Part shown: positions 48,286 through 61,834 of the stretch, piece by piece
Numbering within the stretch: position 1 is the stretch's first letter
How the letters are laid out: each line of letters begins with the position of its first letter
Assembly: GCF_009834535.1 (NCBI RefSeq)
Contig: NC_045716.1
Coordinates: 22,134,001-22,198,000, forward strand
Reading direction: 5' to 3'
Length of the DNA: 64,000 bases
From: Camelus ferus
Lineage: Eukaryota
The notes under the pieces: generated by a model
What the model saw: only the letters and a program-made list of their open reading frames with translations
The model's database searches: none
What the model was told of the DNA's origin: nothing
Made by a program: the position numbers and the translations under genes

Positions 48286-51200
48286 ATGGCTCCGCTCGGA
48301 GACGTCCCGCGGCTGGTGCTGGTGTTCAGCGGGAAGAGGAAATCCGGGAAGGACTTCGTGACCGAGGTCCTGCAGAGCAGGTGTCCGTGGGGTGGGGAAA
48401 AGCGAAGGACCGGGGAGATCCCCGAATCACGTGACACAGGGGGTGTGTTTTGGGTGTGATGGAGTGAGCTTTAGAGTAGGGGTCCTCGATTGCAGGACAG
48501 GAGGAGCACTGGGCCACGAGAGGTGGAAGATTGCCACCGTCACGTGAAGCAGCAGTCTGCACGCCCACCTCAAAGAACCAGGCGGCCACCTCTCCAAAGA
48601 CTGTCAGCTGTAGGTCTCTCCAAGAAGCATTAATAATAGTTACTACCAAGGCACTTTTGCTGCACCACCTCTAATACTCAAGACAGTATTGCGAGGTAAC
48701 TGTTACAGATGAGGAAACCAAGTCACAGATAAAGGATTTGCCTCAGACCGCACCCCAATCGCGTATGGCTCCAAAGACAAATCCTTGCCCAGCACACCAC
48801 CTAATAGCTGGGGTTTATCAGGCCTTATTTTGTGCCAGATGCTGTGTGTATACACCTCATTTAATTCTCAAAAGCTCTTTGCTAGGTGCTGTGTGGTATT
48901 ATTAGTATCTACATTTCACAGATGAAGAAACTGAGGCTCTGAAAAGTTAAGAAAACAAACCAACCAACCAAACCCAAGCTTGCCAGGAACACAAAGTAAT
49001 TGGCAGATCCAGAACTCAAATTCAGCTTTAGTCTAGCTCCAAGGAATGGGTTCTTTCTGCCTTACCTCACTGCCTCTCCAAGTAGTCCCTTTTGCTTAGT
49101 GTGTTCTCTCAAAGCAAGATGTTCTGTGTGGGAGCATTTTTGCTGGGGTATGGGCTAGAGAGCAGAGAAACCAGGGGGAAAGTGGAGTGCGGCTCCTCTC
49201 TTGAAGGCCAGTGTGGTGGGGGTACCAGGAGGCTGCTTTTGGGCATCATGGGAGTTTTAAGAGGTTGTGGGAAACCCCAGGGCAGAGTTTATCACCTGAA
49301 TCTTTCACCACTAATTATCCACCGCCTTTTCCTGAGTTACATTTCTCCTTGTCTCCAAACACATAAATTAATAGTGGTCAGAAGCAGTGGCTCTGGAATC
49401 GGATTGCTGGGATTCAAATCCTGACTCAGCACTTACTTGACTGTGATCTTGTACAAGTTTCTTATACACCCTGTCCTCAGTTTTGTCATCTGTGAAATGG
49501 AGAGAATAATAGGGTGATTGTAAGGATTAAATGAGATAATGACATGAAGGACTTGGAACAATTCTTGGCACCTAGTAAAGGCATAGGAACTAACTGTTGG
49601 CTTTCATTTTTATTTTAACATTACTGGCTTTGGTGCTTTGGGTGTGTCAAGTTTCCTCACTCAGCCTCAGTTTCCTCATCTGAAACATGGACATAAGAAC
49701 ATCTATCACAACATGTCAGTGTTTAAGTGAATCTGTGAGCATCTCATGGTCAGGGCAGGAATCATGTATCTTATTCATGTTTGTATCACCTGGGTCCAGG
49801 TATAGTACCCAACAAATGGTCAATTGAGTAAATTGAACAACTGAATGAATGAGTTATTTATGTGCGGTCACCAAGTCAGCTGAGACCGAGATACCCCTGG
49901 CTGTGAGAGAACTAGTTCAGGGGCCCAGCAGTAACCAGATTACCAGCCAGAATATTGCCGGGATGTTCACATTGTAATTATACTTTTATTTGTTTTACCT
50001 GTTAGCTTCAGGGCTCTTTCGCATTCGAGTTGCATAATAATCCCATGGGAAACAGAACAGAAATGGTTATCTCCATTTTATAGATGAGGAGATCAGGGAC
50101 GTTGAGACTTGACAAAGTTATACAGATACCAGCAGCAGAAATGGGGCTTCACTCCTCCTGATTTCTTTCTCCTCTGGGGCCTGGAAGCTCTGCGTTAATG
50201 GGGTTCGGATCTCCCTGTGTCACAGACTCGGAGCGGACGTCTGTGCTGTCCTCCGGCTCTCCGGTCCGCTCAAGGAGCGGTATGCTCAGGTAGGTGGTGG
50301 TTCTGGGACAGCTAGTAGGTTGGAAGGAGCCAGCTCCGGGCTTTGGTTGCTGTGCTGTTGTTTGAGTCACTAGTGGGGTTCCTATGACCACTGCTGGCAG
50401 GGTGGCAGGCAGCCCTTTGCCTTCTTTTTTTTTTTTTGCTGGAGGAGGTACTTAGGTTTATTTGTTTATTTTATTTTAACAGAGGTACTGGGGATTGAAC
50501 CCATGACCTCATGCATGCTAAGCATGTATTCTACCACTGGGCTATGCCCTCCCTCTCAACTCTCTGCTTTCTGTAGGTGGACATTTTGGGAGCATTTTCA
50601 GCTTAAAGTTTCCTTCCCATTGGCCTTACTCACTTCAGGCCACCTCCCTAGAGTGTGTTCAGGAAAATATGTCCAGAAAAGGCTGTAGATGTGATTTGGC
50701 AGCTCTGATGCTGTGTTATTAGTAAGGGTCTGTCCCCTTGGTCAAAAAATGTGACCCACCTTGACCCCCTTCCCCCCACTGAAGCTGACTGGCCACAACC
50801 CTTAAAATTTTCCCCTTAGCTATTTAATCACAAGACTTGTCAAGACAAATTGTCTAGTGAAAAAAGCAAGATGTAGAACAGTGTATAGAGAATGCTACAT
50901 TTGTATAAAAGTGGGGAAAATTGTAAATATATTTGCTCATATATTCAGCCATTCAACAAATACTTATGGGGTGCTCGCATTATGCAGTGCATTCAGCACC
51001 ATCCCAGGTACCTGGGATGTATGAAAGCCTGGGCAGGACACTTAAGACATTGTACCGTTGGTTGCCTCCAGGGAGGGGAGCTATGTGGCTGGGGAACAGA
51101 AGAGGGAGAGAGATTTTTCAGTGGCAGTGATGTATCTTTTGAATTTTGAACCGTGTAGATTAAAAAAATAGGATTGTAAAGAATAAAACAGGAACTCTTA

Positions 51201-54200
51201 GAACCTTAGACTTCGGGAGCCTGGAGGGTGAGATCAGCTTCCCACCCAATGAAGGCCCCCTAGTCACTTACATTTCTGTCCTTGACCTCTAGGTGCAGCC
51301 TTCCAGGGACCTGTGCTCATGGCCCTTTGGTCAGTTGGCCTGAGTCTGGCCTTCTGGGGCCACACAGAATGATTTGTCCCCTCCTTCCATGTGACAGTCC
51401 CGTCTCTGTGGGAAGCCCTCTCCTGTACCGTTGGGTCTTCTTCCACCAGCTAAACAGACCCATTCGCTGGATGGCCGCCTGGGGGCTCCTGGTGGATAAC
51501 GGATTCAGTGGTCTTCAAATTTTTTTTAGTAGGAAACTTTCCCAACTGAAATTGGATGGAGAAATTTCTTGAATCCAGTAGATAGACTGGGAGCAACTTT
51601 GAATTGAGGGGAGGCACTTAACCTCCCCCAGCGGGGCCTGAGCACTTCTGAAGAACCCCAGGGCTTTAAGGAGCAGATAGAAAACCCCTGATCTACTTCC
51701 AAAGTTCCCAAATTAGGCCCCACTTCAGATCTGTGAGCCAGGCTGCGGGGTGCCGTGGGGTAGGTGGGCAGGTGTTTGCATTCTTAAAACCTCAGTAGGA
51801 GACTGATAGGCCAGCCTGCCCTTGCAGTTTTGAAGTCCAGCATCTTACTCCCGTTAAAAAACAAACCCAAAATGAAATGCTCATGTGTTGATTTCTTAAG
51901 TTGCAATGGGGAATATACTTGACAAGAAGACCATAATGCTCCTGGTGGCTAATCTTCCCCTGTGGTAAAGAGTACATGGGAAACGAGTTTATAAACGGGA
52001 GGTGGCTGCCGGCCTCACCTTGGAACAGGGTGAAAGTAGGTGATTCGACTGGCTGGGCCCCCTCAGTGTGCACTTGAAGGAGCTGAGTCTTTGGGGAGAG
52101 GGTCTTGCTGCAGTGAATTCCAGGGGAGCTGAAACCTGAACTGACTGACGATCTTCAGACCCCTTCCCATCCTGGGGTCCTCTCCATGGACCCCTCCTGC
52201 TTGTCAGTGTCCCTGGAGAAGGGAAGGCTGGGTCTGGAGGCAGCTCCCCAGGGTGGTCAGAGCAGCCCCTCCTGCTCCAGCGGGCCTCTGGCTTGGAGGC
52301 TCCAAGAGCGCCCATAGCCAACTGGAGTGATGTTGGTTCAGCAAACGTGCCAGGAATTTGGGTAGGAGGAAGGGGCTGAGGGAAAGGGGAGAGGGACAGG
52401 GAAGCCAGGTTCCTGGGCTTCAGGCTGGGAGTAAACAGTGCCAGAAGGGGCAGTGGAAGGACACAGAATGGTGTGTTTTCAGATTTCCCACTTCGGTTGA
52501 AGGCTAAGCCTGTGCCCAGGGGAGGCAAACTAATTTCAGGATTACTTTAAGCCAGAAATAATTGGGTGGGTAAAGCTGTTGCACAAGAGAAACCCACATC
52601 ACACATTTAAACTGAACAAACTGAAACAATTTCTGGTTTATCCCGAGACCTTTCTTCCATCTGCCAGGGTTTGGGATTTCTTAGTTTCCAGGACCCTTTC
52701 CCTCTCAGGCCTCATCCTGGTGGCAACCTCCTGAGTCCTGCATCAGCCCTCTGGAGGGAGGGTGAGGAGAGGGCTGGCCCTCCCTCTGGTTTAGGGGAGA
52801 CCTGCGAGGCAAAGAGGCTGGTGGTGGAGACCGAATGTGCTTTGGGCAGGAGCACGGCTTGGATTTCCAGAGACTCCTGGATGCTAGCACCTACAAGGAG
52901 GCCCATCGGAGGGACATGATCCGCTGGGGGGAGGAGAAGCGCCAGGCGGACCCCGGCTTCTTCTGCAGGAGGATCGTGGAGGGCGTCTCCCAGCCCATCT
53001 GGGTAAGTGGGCTCTGTGGCAGCTTTAAGAAAATCTGTTTCTCCTCCTCTGCCCCTCCCCAGGTATAGCCCAGATGTGTCCATTTCTCTCTCTCCACTGG
53101 TCCAAGCCCCTGTCGTCTCTCACCTGGACCGTCCTAGTGGCCCCTACACTGGTCCCGCTTCGGCTCACGTTCCTTATGATCCAGTCACCCAACCGCAGCC
53201 AGAATAACCTTTTAAAAACTCACTGAGTCACGTTTAGAAACCTTTGTCCCACTGACCTGATGAACAGAATCAAAATCCTTCATGTGAACGTCTGGACCTT
53301 GAATGATCCGACTCCCGCTGCCCTTAAAGCCACCTTGCTCCTTGCACTGCTGCCATATTGGCCTTCTCTCTGTCCCTCAGATAAATCAGGCTCCTTCCAG
53401 AATCAGGGCTGGCTCTGCCTATGTTCTTCCATCTGCCTGGACTGCCCTCTCTTTCCCTTCTTGCCTGGTTCCAGCTCAGCTTACATGGCCCCTCCACAGG
53501 GAAACCTTCCGTGATACACAGGTCTTCACTGCTGCTCCCTGTCCGGTGCTCCCATAGCACCCTAGCTTTTCCTTCTGGAAGCCAGTAGTATCTCGTACCA
53601 GGACTGGTTCCAGGTGACTTGGGGATACATCATGGGAAAATCTGATGAGGTCTCTGCCCTCAGGGTACTTACACTATAGCTGGTGGGTAGAGGGAGTTAG
53701 GCCCTAAATAAATACAGAATATGTCAGGTGGAGATAGTCAGAGGCAAAATAAAGCAGGCCAAGGATATGAGGAGGGCAGGGTTGCCGCTTGACTAAGGGT
53801 GTCGGGGAAGGCCTCACTGATGTGGTGACATTGGAGCAGGCCCTGAAGGAAGTCAGGGAGTGACCCAAATGGATTTTTGTGGGTGAGGGGTGTGTGGCAG
53901 GAAGTGAGGTCGAATCATGCAGGGTCTCTGGAAGAGACTGGAGTTTTCTCTGAGTGAGATGGGAATTCACTGGAGGGTTCTGAGCAGAGTAGAGGCCTGA
54001 TCTGGTTTAGGGATTAATTTTTGTTTCAAAGTAAAAGTTGCTTAATTGATATTTAAGTGCCTACAAATTTCTAGGGAGTTTCCCCTCCCTGGGTAGGATG
54101 ACAGCTGCTCACATGGGTTAATGCAGGAAAGATGTGAAGTTCCTAGAATCTGTCGAGCACCAGGTAGGGGACATCCATTGTGTCAGCAAGATCCGTAGTA

Positions 54201-57200
54201 CCCAGGTAGAGGGCGCGTGGCTCTCCACTTCTTGCCACAGCCTGCTGTTGGTATGGCAGGAACCGTTACCAGGGCATCCTAGCCATCCCAATGGCACTTC
54301 TCTGAGAGAATTCCTAACTGTAGGCCTTCAGTCATCAGACTAGCCCTGAGTCTTGTGAAGGGACACTGCCCCTGGCTGGGCTTCCAAAGCTCTCATGCTT
54401 TATTCAAAAACACCGGTGGACATCTTAAACCCCTAATGGAGAAATGAGATACACGAATAAGTGTGATCTAAGATTTAGAGAGCTCTCCCTAGCTGCTTGG
54501 GGGAGGGCAAGAGTGGAAGCAGAGAGGCCAGGCAGAGGATCTTTCCAGAAGACAGCCAGATGGCCGTGGCTGGGCTTGGAGTGGTGGTGGAGTGGAGAGA
54601 GGGGTTGATTCTGCACAGGTTTTGAAGATGGAACCACTAGGATTTCCTGGTGCGATGGCTCAGAGGTGGAAGGACAGGAGACAAATCCAAGGATTTCTTT
54701 CTGAGCAGCAGACGAATAGAGCTGTCATTTTCTGAGATAGGCCAAGTGTGGAGGAACAGGTTTAGGGAGAAAATCCGGAGTTCAGTTCCGGCAGCGTTAA
54801 GGCTGAAATGCTTGCTGATGTGCACTGTGGTTCCGTGGTTATTAGTGAAGCTGCTGGTTGAGCATCAGTCTCCCACTAGACTGGAGCTCCCTGAGGGCAG
54901 GCACCAGGTCTGCTTTGCTTACCACTCCATCCCCAGTGCCCAGCCCAGTGCCTGGCACACAGTACTTGTTTAATAACTGGGTGAATGACCATGTCAGCAG
55001 CATGGACAAGAACACCTGGCCTCTTCATGTGCTAATTCATTCATTCATTGAACACTAAGTGCTCCTTATGTGTCAGACAGTGCTAAGGGTCAGGGATAGA
55101 GCAGTGAATGAGACACAGTCATTTCCCTCATGGAACTGACACTGCAGCATGCAGACTGACAATAAACACAGAAGCAAACTGACAGAGAGTGATGGTTTCA
55201 TGAACACTCAGTGCTCAGAGGAAAATAAACAGCATATCAAAATCGAGAGGGACAGGAAGGGAGCCAGGATGGGAGGGACAGCCTCTTTGAGGAGGTGACG
55301 TTGGAGCAGAAACCTCCATAAAGCGAGGGAGCTGACCTTGTGATTATACAGGCAGACTGAGCAGCACATGCAAAGGCCCTGAGGAGGACACCAGGTTGGC
55401 AGGTTTGAGAAGCAGCAGGACGTCAATTGGCTGCAGCGGAATGAATGAAGGAAGATGATAGGAAATAGGTTGCAGATCTTGTAGGACTTTGTAAGCTGGA
55501 GTGAGAGCTTTGGATTTTATTAGAATGAATGGAAGCTTTTGAGAGATTTAGGGCAGGGGACTGGCAAGAATCACATTTGCATTTTATTTATTTTTATTAT
55601 TTTCATTTTTATTAAGTAAAATTGGTACAATTTGCCTGCACATATACAAAATATTGCATATAAATACATATATACAATATACTGCACATTCTTTTAAATT
55701 TACATATATGTACTGTCCATTCTTTCTAAGAACAATTTAGAGCCTTAGCTTTTTAAACTTACAGAATTATCAAAGGAATAAAGCCAACCACAAAAGAAGA
55801 ATCAAAATCAAAATAAGAATGCAGTAATCCAATTGTAAAGGACAGTCAGATGTGCTTACATGTATTTAAGAAATTAATCATCTAAGTTATAATGAGTTCA
55901 TTTGTGTCCTTTTTTTTAGATTCCACATATAAGCAATATCATGTGGCATTTTTCTTTCTCTTTCTGGCTTGNNNNNNNNNNNNNNNNNNNNNNNNNNNNN
56001 NNNNNNNNNNNNNNNNNNNNNNNNNNNNNNNNNNNNNNNNNNNNNNNNNNNNNNNNNNNNNNNNNNNNNNNNNNNNNNNNNNNNNNNNNNNNNNNNNNNN
56101 NNNNNNNNNNNNNNNNNNNNNNNNNNNNNNNNNNNNNNNNNNNNNNNNNNNNNNNNNNNNNNNNNNNNNNNNNTTTTTAAATCATGTATATGCCCAGGAG
56201 TGGGATTGCTGGACCACAAAGTAAGTCTACNNNNNNNNNNNNNNNNNNNNNNNNNNNNNNNNNNNNNNNNNNNNNNNNNNNNNNNNNNNNNNNNNNNNNN
56301 NNNNNNNNNNNNNNNNNNNNNNNNNNNNNNNNNNNNNNNNNNNNNNNNNNNNNNNNNNNNNNNNNNNNNNNNNNNNNNNNNNNNNNNNNNNNNNNNNNNN
56401 NNNNNNNNNNNNNNNNNNNNNNNNNNNNTGATATTGATCATCCTTTCATGTGCTTGTTGGTCATCTCTCTGTCTTCTTTGGAGAGATGTCTATTTAAGTC
56501 TGCTGCCCATTTTTTGGTTGGGTTGCTTGTTTTTTTGATATTAAGGTGTATGAGCTGTTTATATATTTTGGAAATTAGTCCCTTGTCTGTTGCATCACTT
56601 GCAAATATTTTCTCCCGTTCTGTAGGTTGTCTTTTTGTTTTGTTGATGGTGTCTTTAGCTGTGCAAAAGCTTTTAAGTTTAATTAGATCCCCTTTGTTTA
56701 TTTTTGCTTTTATTTCCATTACTTCAAGAGCTGATTCAAAAAATATATTGCTGTGATTTATGTCCGGGAGTGTTCTGCCTATGTTTTCCTCTAGATGTTT
56801 TATAATATCTGGTCTTACATTTAAGTCTTTAATCCATTTTGAGTTTATTTTTGTATATGGTGTTAGAGAATGTTCTAATTTCAGTCTTTTACAGGTAGCT
56901 GTTCAGTTTTCCCAGCACCCACTTTTACATTTTAAAATATGCTGGCAGGGCAGGGACCGACTAGGGTATTTTTATTTCTGGTCTCAGTTTGCTCATCTGT
57001 AAAATGAGTGTGTTGGATCGGCTGATCTGACTTCAAAGCCTGAGGCGTCTTCTTCAGTTTGGTGATGACCAACAGGACCGTAGAACACAGCATGGGCAGA
57101 GTGGGCTGTGGGCTGCAGCGATCAGGGAGGGCTCCCTGGAGGAGGAAAGGGATGTCTGTTTCAGCTGGTTGGGTGATAATAGGGAAGGGGGATACACTTG

Positions 57201-58650
57201 TCTGGGTTCTGTAGTCCATGCTCCAGCTTTTTCAGAGTGAGGTCTGGGTCGCCCCCCCCCCCTTTTGCCCTCACCCCCAGAGCCCTGTCCTGTTGCTCCC
57301 CACACCATGTCCTGTTGGTCCCCTGTCTGTGTCCTTTCCCTGCAGCTGGTGAGTGACGCACGGAGAGTGTCTGACATCCAGTGGTTTCAGGAGGCCTATG
57401 GGGCTGTGACGCAGACGGTCCGTGTGGTGGCCACGGAGCAGAGCCGACAGCAACGGGGCTGGGTGTTCACACCAGGTGAGCTGCTCACAACCTCTGCCTC
57501 CAGGCTCAGCACTCAGGCCGGCCACCTTGCCTGCAGACCAGCCCACCCACTCCCGTGCTTCTGTCTTCTGCCATTTCCCTGGCAGGCTGTGGGGAGTGAA
57601 CAGGGGATTATAAGAAGGGGTCTGAGGCTTGGGGCTCAGGAGTACCTCCAGATTAGAAAGTGGAGTGGGGTAGAGGAGGGTGTCCTTGGGGGTGAAGGTT
57701 CCCCCATGACCTTGGCCTTGAACCCTTATCTGAGCTGTCTTCTCTAGGCCAGTGGGCTTCTGGAGGTCTGCCTGGGACCCACCCCCATGGTCCTTCACCT
57801 TTGCCTTCCAGCCTGGTGAGGGGCTGACTGTGGGTCAGAGGAGGGGGCCTGACAAACCTCACTCCTGTTTGATGAACAGAGCGGGAGGGGTGGGGGTGGG
57901 GTGCAGGGGGACGGAGCTCTACTGGCAGCCTCAGTGGTGTCAGCCCAGGGCCTGCTCTGTGGCAGCTCTGAGGCCCAGCTCCGGAGTCTTTCCTGTCCTA
58001 GGTCCCTGGGACTCGGGGAAGTTCAAATCAGTGGGTCAGTCCCCTCCTGAGGGCTGCTCACCACATGGGCCAGGCCAGTGCCAAGTGCTTTGTACATATG
58101 ATCCCAGTTTAGAGTCACAGCAAACCCACCAGGTAGATGCTCTTATTACCATTCTCACTGTCAGGTGAGAATGGCACACGCTGCCTCCCATGAGGATTGA
58201 ACCAGAGATTTAGGGAGAGAAATCGACATGATCATCTTTACATAAAATGAAAGTCAAGTGGCCATTTGGGTTGTCTGGTTTGAGATGGTGGTAACAAGTG
58301 AAGGGTTAAGTCAGCGGGACTCTCTGGGGGCTCGAGTGGCTGTGGGCTGTGGAACCTGTTATCCCGGTGATTCAGGGTGTGGGGAAGTGCCCTCTGGAGT
58401 GACCGAGGGGAGTTCAGGAGAGGGCGGCTCCAGGTGGAGCCAGCAGGCCTCGATGCCGGTGCCCAGTGTTTGTCGGCAGGGAGGGGTCTGACCTCGCCGT
58501 ACCTCCTCCGCAGGGGTGGACGATGCTGAGTCAGAATGTGGCCTGGACAACTTTGGGGCCTTTGACTGGGTCATCGAGAACCACGGAGATGAGCAGCGCC
58601 TGGAGGAGCAGTTGGAGAACCTGATAGAATTTGTCCGCTCCAGACTTTAG
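48286..58650 (+). CDS. PMVK: Phosphomevalonate kinase, 192 aa. Exons 48286-48380, 50226-50289, 52850-53002, 57346-57475, 58514-58650
   Basis: [23 protein letters not shown] (P-loop), [44 protein letters not shown]-terminal SRL* (PTS1-like). Total 579 nt, GT-AG junctions. Confidence 0.98.
48680..49720. mobile_element. Cluster of MIR fragments in PMVK intron 1
   Basis: Repeated MIR cores: ACAGATGAGGAAACC, TTTCACAGATGAAGAAACTGAGGCTC, GGATTCAAATCCTGACTC...TTTGTCATCTGTGAAATGG, CAGTTTCCTCATCTGAAA. Confidence 0.65.
50423..50553 (-). mobile_element. tRNA-derived SINE
   Basis: AGAGGTACTGGGGATTGAACCCATGACCTCATGCATGCTAAGCATG...CTACCACTGGGCTATGCCCTCCC. Confidence 0.9.
53090..55560. mobile_element. Cluster of L2 fragments in PMVK intron 3, both orientations
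   Basis: L2-like tails CCCAGTGCCTGGCACACAGTAC and TTCATTCATTCATTGAACACTAAG, plus internal GGAAGGCCTCACTGATGTGGTGACATTGGAGCAG; boundaries approximate. Confidence 0.6.
55885..56925 (-). mobile_element. L1 fragment (ORF2 C-terminal region and 3' UTR), partly N-masked
   Basis: Minus-strand translation [51 protein letters not shown] is L1 ORF2-like. Confidence 0.92.
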
Positions 58651-59001
58651 CTGTCAGGGTCTCAGAGTGAGCTGGGGGCTGCCGGGGTGAGGGTGGCTTG
58701 CTGATTCTGGCTGAGGTTGGGGAGCAGACAGAGGGCCTGGGTCTAGGCTTCTGGGGGCTGGCACATGTCAGACAAGTCAAGAAACTGCTGGGGACCTCAT
58801 TTCTTCATGGAGAGGACAGCCCTTTGTCTTTAGAAGGAGACTTAAAGGGCAAAGGAGGGCGAGTTGGCTGTGCTTGAAGCAGAAACGTCACCATCTCCAT
58901 GGGTGCCAGACCTATCGGCCTGTGGTGGCCTTGCTTCCCGGACTGGATGCTCTCAGCACTTTGTTCTGGGCAAGAACCCGTGGCTCCCCGGTGTGGATAC
59001 T

Positions 59002-59007
59002 AATAAA
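59002..59007 (+). terminator. Probable PMVK polyadenylation signal AATAAA
   Basis: ACTAATAAAACTTC about 350 nt after the stop codon. Confidence 0.65.
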
Positions 59008-60489
59008 ACTTCTTGGAGCACCTGCTCAGAGCTGGACATCTCTCATTTTTCAGACGCCATCCCAGCCTGCGTGGGGCTCAGTAAGGCCTGGGTTGTTCTG
59101 GTGGCTGGGGGTTTCTGCTCTGCCCCCTACCTGGGCTGGAACGTATTCTGCAGAGGCTGACCTTGGTCTGGGCCATGTCGGTAACAGGCCTGTGTGTGTC
59201 TGAGGTTCTTGTCTTCTGGGATGGCCCAGGAGAGGCTGAGTGTTCCAAAGAAAGTGCCACCAGCAGTGCCCGGGGGGACCGAGGTGTCACAGAGGGGCAG
59301 AGACACCAGAGCTCAGTGGCGCCTGGTGACCGTTGCATGGCCCAGGACAAGTGCCATCACCACGAGCCTCGGCTTTCCCATTCCAGGCCTCGGACTTGAC
59401 TCCTTTTGTTTATATAGCCATATACAATTTCTAAATTTCTTCTAGATTCTTCACAGCCACTCTGTGAAATAGGCAAGGAGGGCATTTTCATCTGCATTTA
59501 GCAGATGCCAAGGACTCAGAGAAGTGAAGCAACTGGGCCAGGGTTAGTAACTGACAGTGCTCCGACGAGAACACAGGCCACCTGCCTCCTGACCCGGTCC
59601 CTTGGCCACGTGCCTCTGGGGTGTGGTGCAAAGCCCTGGGGCCCCTTGCGGTCCTCAGGCCCAGCCTGAGCCCTCCAGCCCTCTGGCCTGGGCTTTGTTC
59701 TCCTCCCACAGATTCTGTGGGTTCTCACTGATAAGAGGACAACCAAAGAAATTCCGTCGGCTTGCCCGTGCCCCAGACTGAGCTTGATGCAGTCCTGCCC
59801 ACGTCTCCTCCTCCCTAGGTCCCGTCTTCCCGAATACTGGTTCCCTGGCTCTTCAGTTAACCAGGCCTGAAAGCTTGGCAGTCATGGTGGACTCCTCCGT
59901 GTCCCTTGACCAACGGCTGATCGATCCCCAGGTTCTGTTAACCTGCCCTCCCCAAGTCTTCCCTCTGGGATTCTCACGGGAAGGTAAACTCCCTGATGAT
60001 CGAGGCCATGTCTGTCTCGTAGTTGGAGCCCTGTCTCCTAGAGCTGTCGGTCCACCGTGGGCACTCAGAAAATGGCTGTGACTGGGTGCATGGTGAGACG
60101 GGACTGTGTGAGTCATGCTGGAATCATGACCATTTCGTGCAGTACGTGTTTCCTCATCTCCAGCTGGGAGGCTCTGCCAGCCCCCGGGGCCTGTGTGTCT
60201 GTCTGCTCCCCTGCTGGAGCTGAGCCAGCCTGGCTTGGATGCCACCGGGGTCCTTACCAGCACAGAGACTGTAGCTCCTGGGGGTCCTCTCAGAATTGCT
60301 GGCAAGGCTTTTGTGAGGTCACCGCCCCCACCCCGCTCTGTCTTCCCCAAGGCAGTGTCCTTCAGCGTGAGGGGATGCGGGGGTACCTCCTCAGAGTTGA
60401 AAGCAGCCAATCCTTGCCTTTCACGGCAGAGAGATTCAAAGCTCAGGATGGATATGAACCTAGACGGTGCAGTCTTGGACTGAGAGATC

Positions 60490-61320
60490 AGTTTTTCTTC
60501 CTTCCTAGCTTTATTGAGATATAATTGACATAATATAACATTGTATAAGTTCAAGGTTTACCACACGATGATTTGGTACATGTATGTATTGTGAAATGAT
60601 TGCTGCCAAGTAAGGTTAGTTAAGACCTCCCGTCACCTCACATAACTGCCATTTTTTTCTGCTGGTGGTGAGAACATTTAAGATCTACTCTCTTAGCAAC
60701 TTCCAAGAATATAATACAGTATTGTTAGGTACACTGATTATGTGGTACATTGGATCTCCAGAACTCACTCGTCTCGTAACTGGAAGTTTATAACCTCTAA
60801 CCAACATCTCTGCATTTCCCCCAACTTCCAGTCCCTGGCAACCACCATTTCACTCTGTTTCTATGAGTTCAGCTTTTTAATTAATTAATTAATTATTTTT
60901 GTTGTTAATGGAGGTTCTGGGAATTGAACCCAGGACCTTGTACATGCTAAGCATGCACTCTACCACTGAGCTGTACTCTCCAAATTCAGCTGTTTTTGGA
61001 TCCCACATATAAGTGAGATCAGACAGTATTTGTCTTTCTCTGCCTGACTTACTTCACTTAGGATAATACCTCATGGTTCATCCATGTTGTTGCCAAAGGC
61101 AGGATTTCCTTTTTTTTTGACTGAATAATATCTCATTGTATGTATATGTACCACATTTTCTTGATCCATTCATCCATTGATGCACAATTTGCTTGTTTCT
61201 GTGTGTTGGCTATTGTGCATAATGCTGCAGTGAACATGGGGCTGCAGATATGTCTTTGAGGTAGTGATTTCCTTTCCTTCAGACCTATACCCAGCAGTGC
61301 GATTGCTGTTTGATCACTGA
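60490..61320 (-). mobile_element. L1 3' end fragment interrupted by a SINE
   Basis: TTTATTGAGATATAATTGACATATAACATTGTATAAGTTCAAGG...AAGATCTACTCTCTTAGCAA...GGTTCATCCATGTTGTTGC...GCTGCAGTGAACATGGG. Confidence 0.88.
60876..60981 (-). mobile_element. tRNA-derived SINE nested in L1
   Basis: GGAGGTTCTGGGAATTGAACCCAGGACCTTGTACATGCTAAGCATGCACTCTACCACTGAGCTGTACTCTCC; TTCAGCT duplicated at 60868 and 60985. Confidence 0.88.
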
Positions 61321-61834
61321 TTGATACTGTTCAGTGTAAACGTCAAGGAGGCAGGGATGAAGCAGAGAAGGGGAGGTGGGGCTGATGGGTCTCCTGTGTC
61401 TCTGGTGGGGGTGCTGACCTGGTTCCTGGCTTTGGGTATTTGGAAGAGTCACACAGGATGTGACTTGGGAAGCCAGTGGGTCCATCCCTTCACCCTTTGA
61501 CAGGTTGGCACCGATGCCTCTTAACATGGGAAGCCCCAGTGGCTAACCAGAGTCACTTCTGCTGGAGTTCCTACACACTTGTTTTTTTTTTCAACCAGAT
61601 ATTTCTCTAAATACCCAAATCAATAATAACCCTGACTTATGATACCCTATGTTATGATGAGAGTTTTAGCTGCTTTTATTTCAAGACATTCTCCCCCACC
61701 TTGCTAACTTTGTCTGCGGTTATGATCTCAGAGTATTGCTCCTAAATTATTTTTTAAATGTTATGTATATATTCTTTTAATAATAATTTGTAGGCACTAA
61801 CATTCTCCAAAAATTTTTACTTTTCCACTTCTAA

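Noticed and set aside
59853-60554. 233-aa minus-strand ORF
   Set aside because: Begins within an L1 tail and crosses repeat-like sequence; no protein family resemblance.
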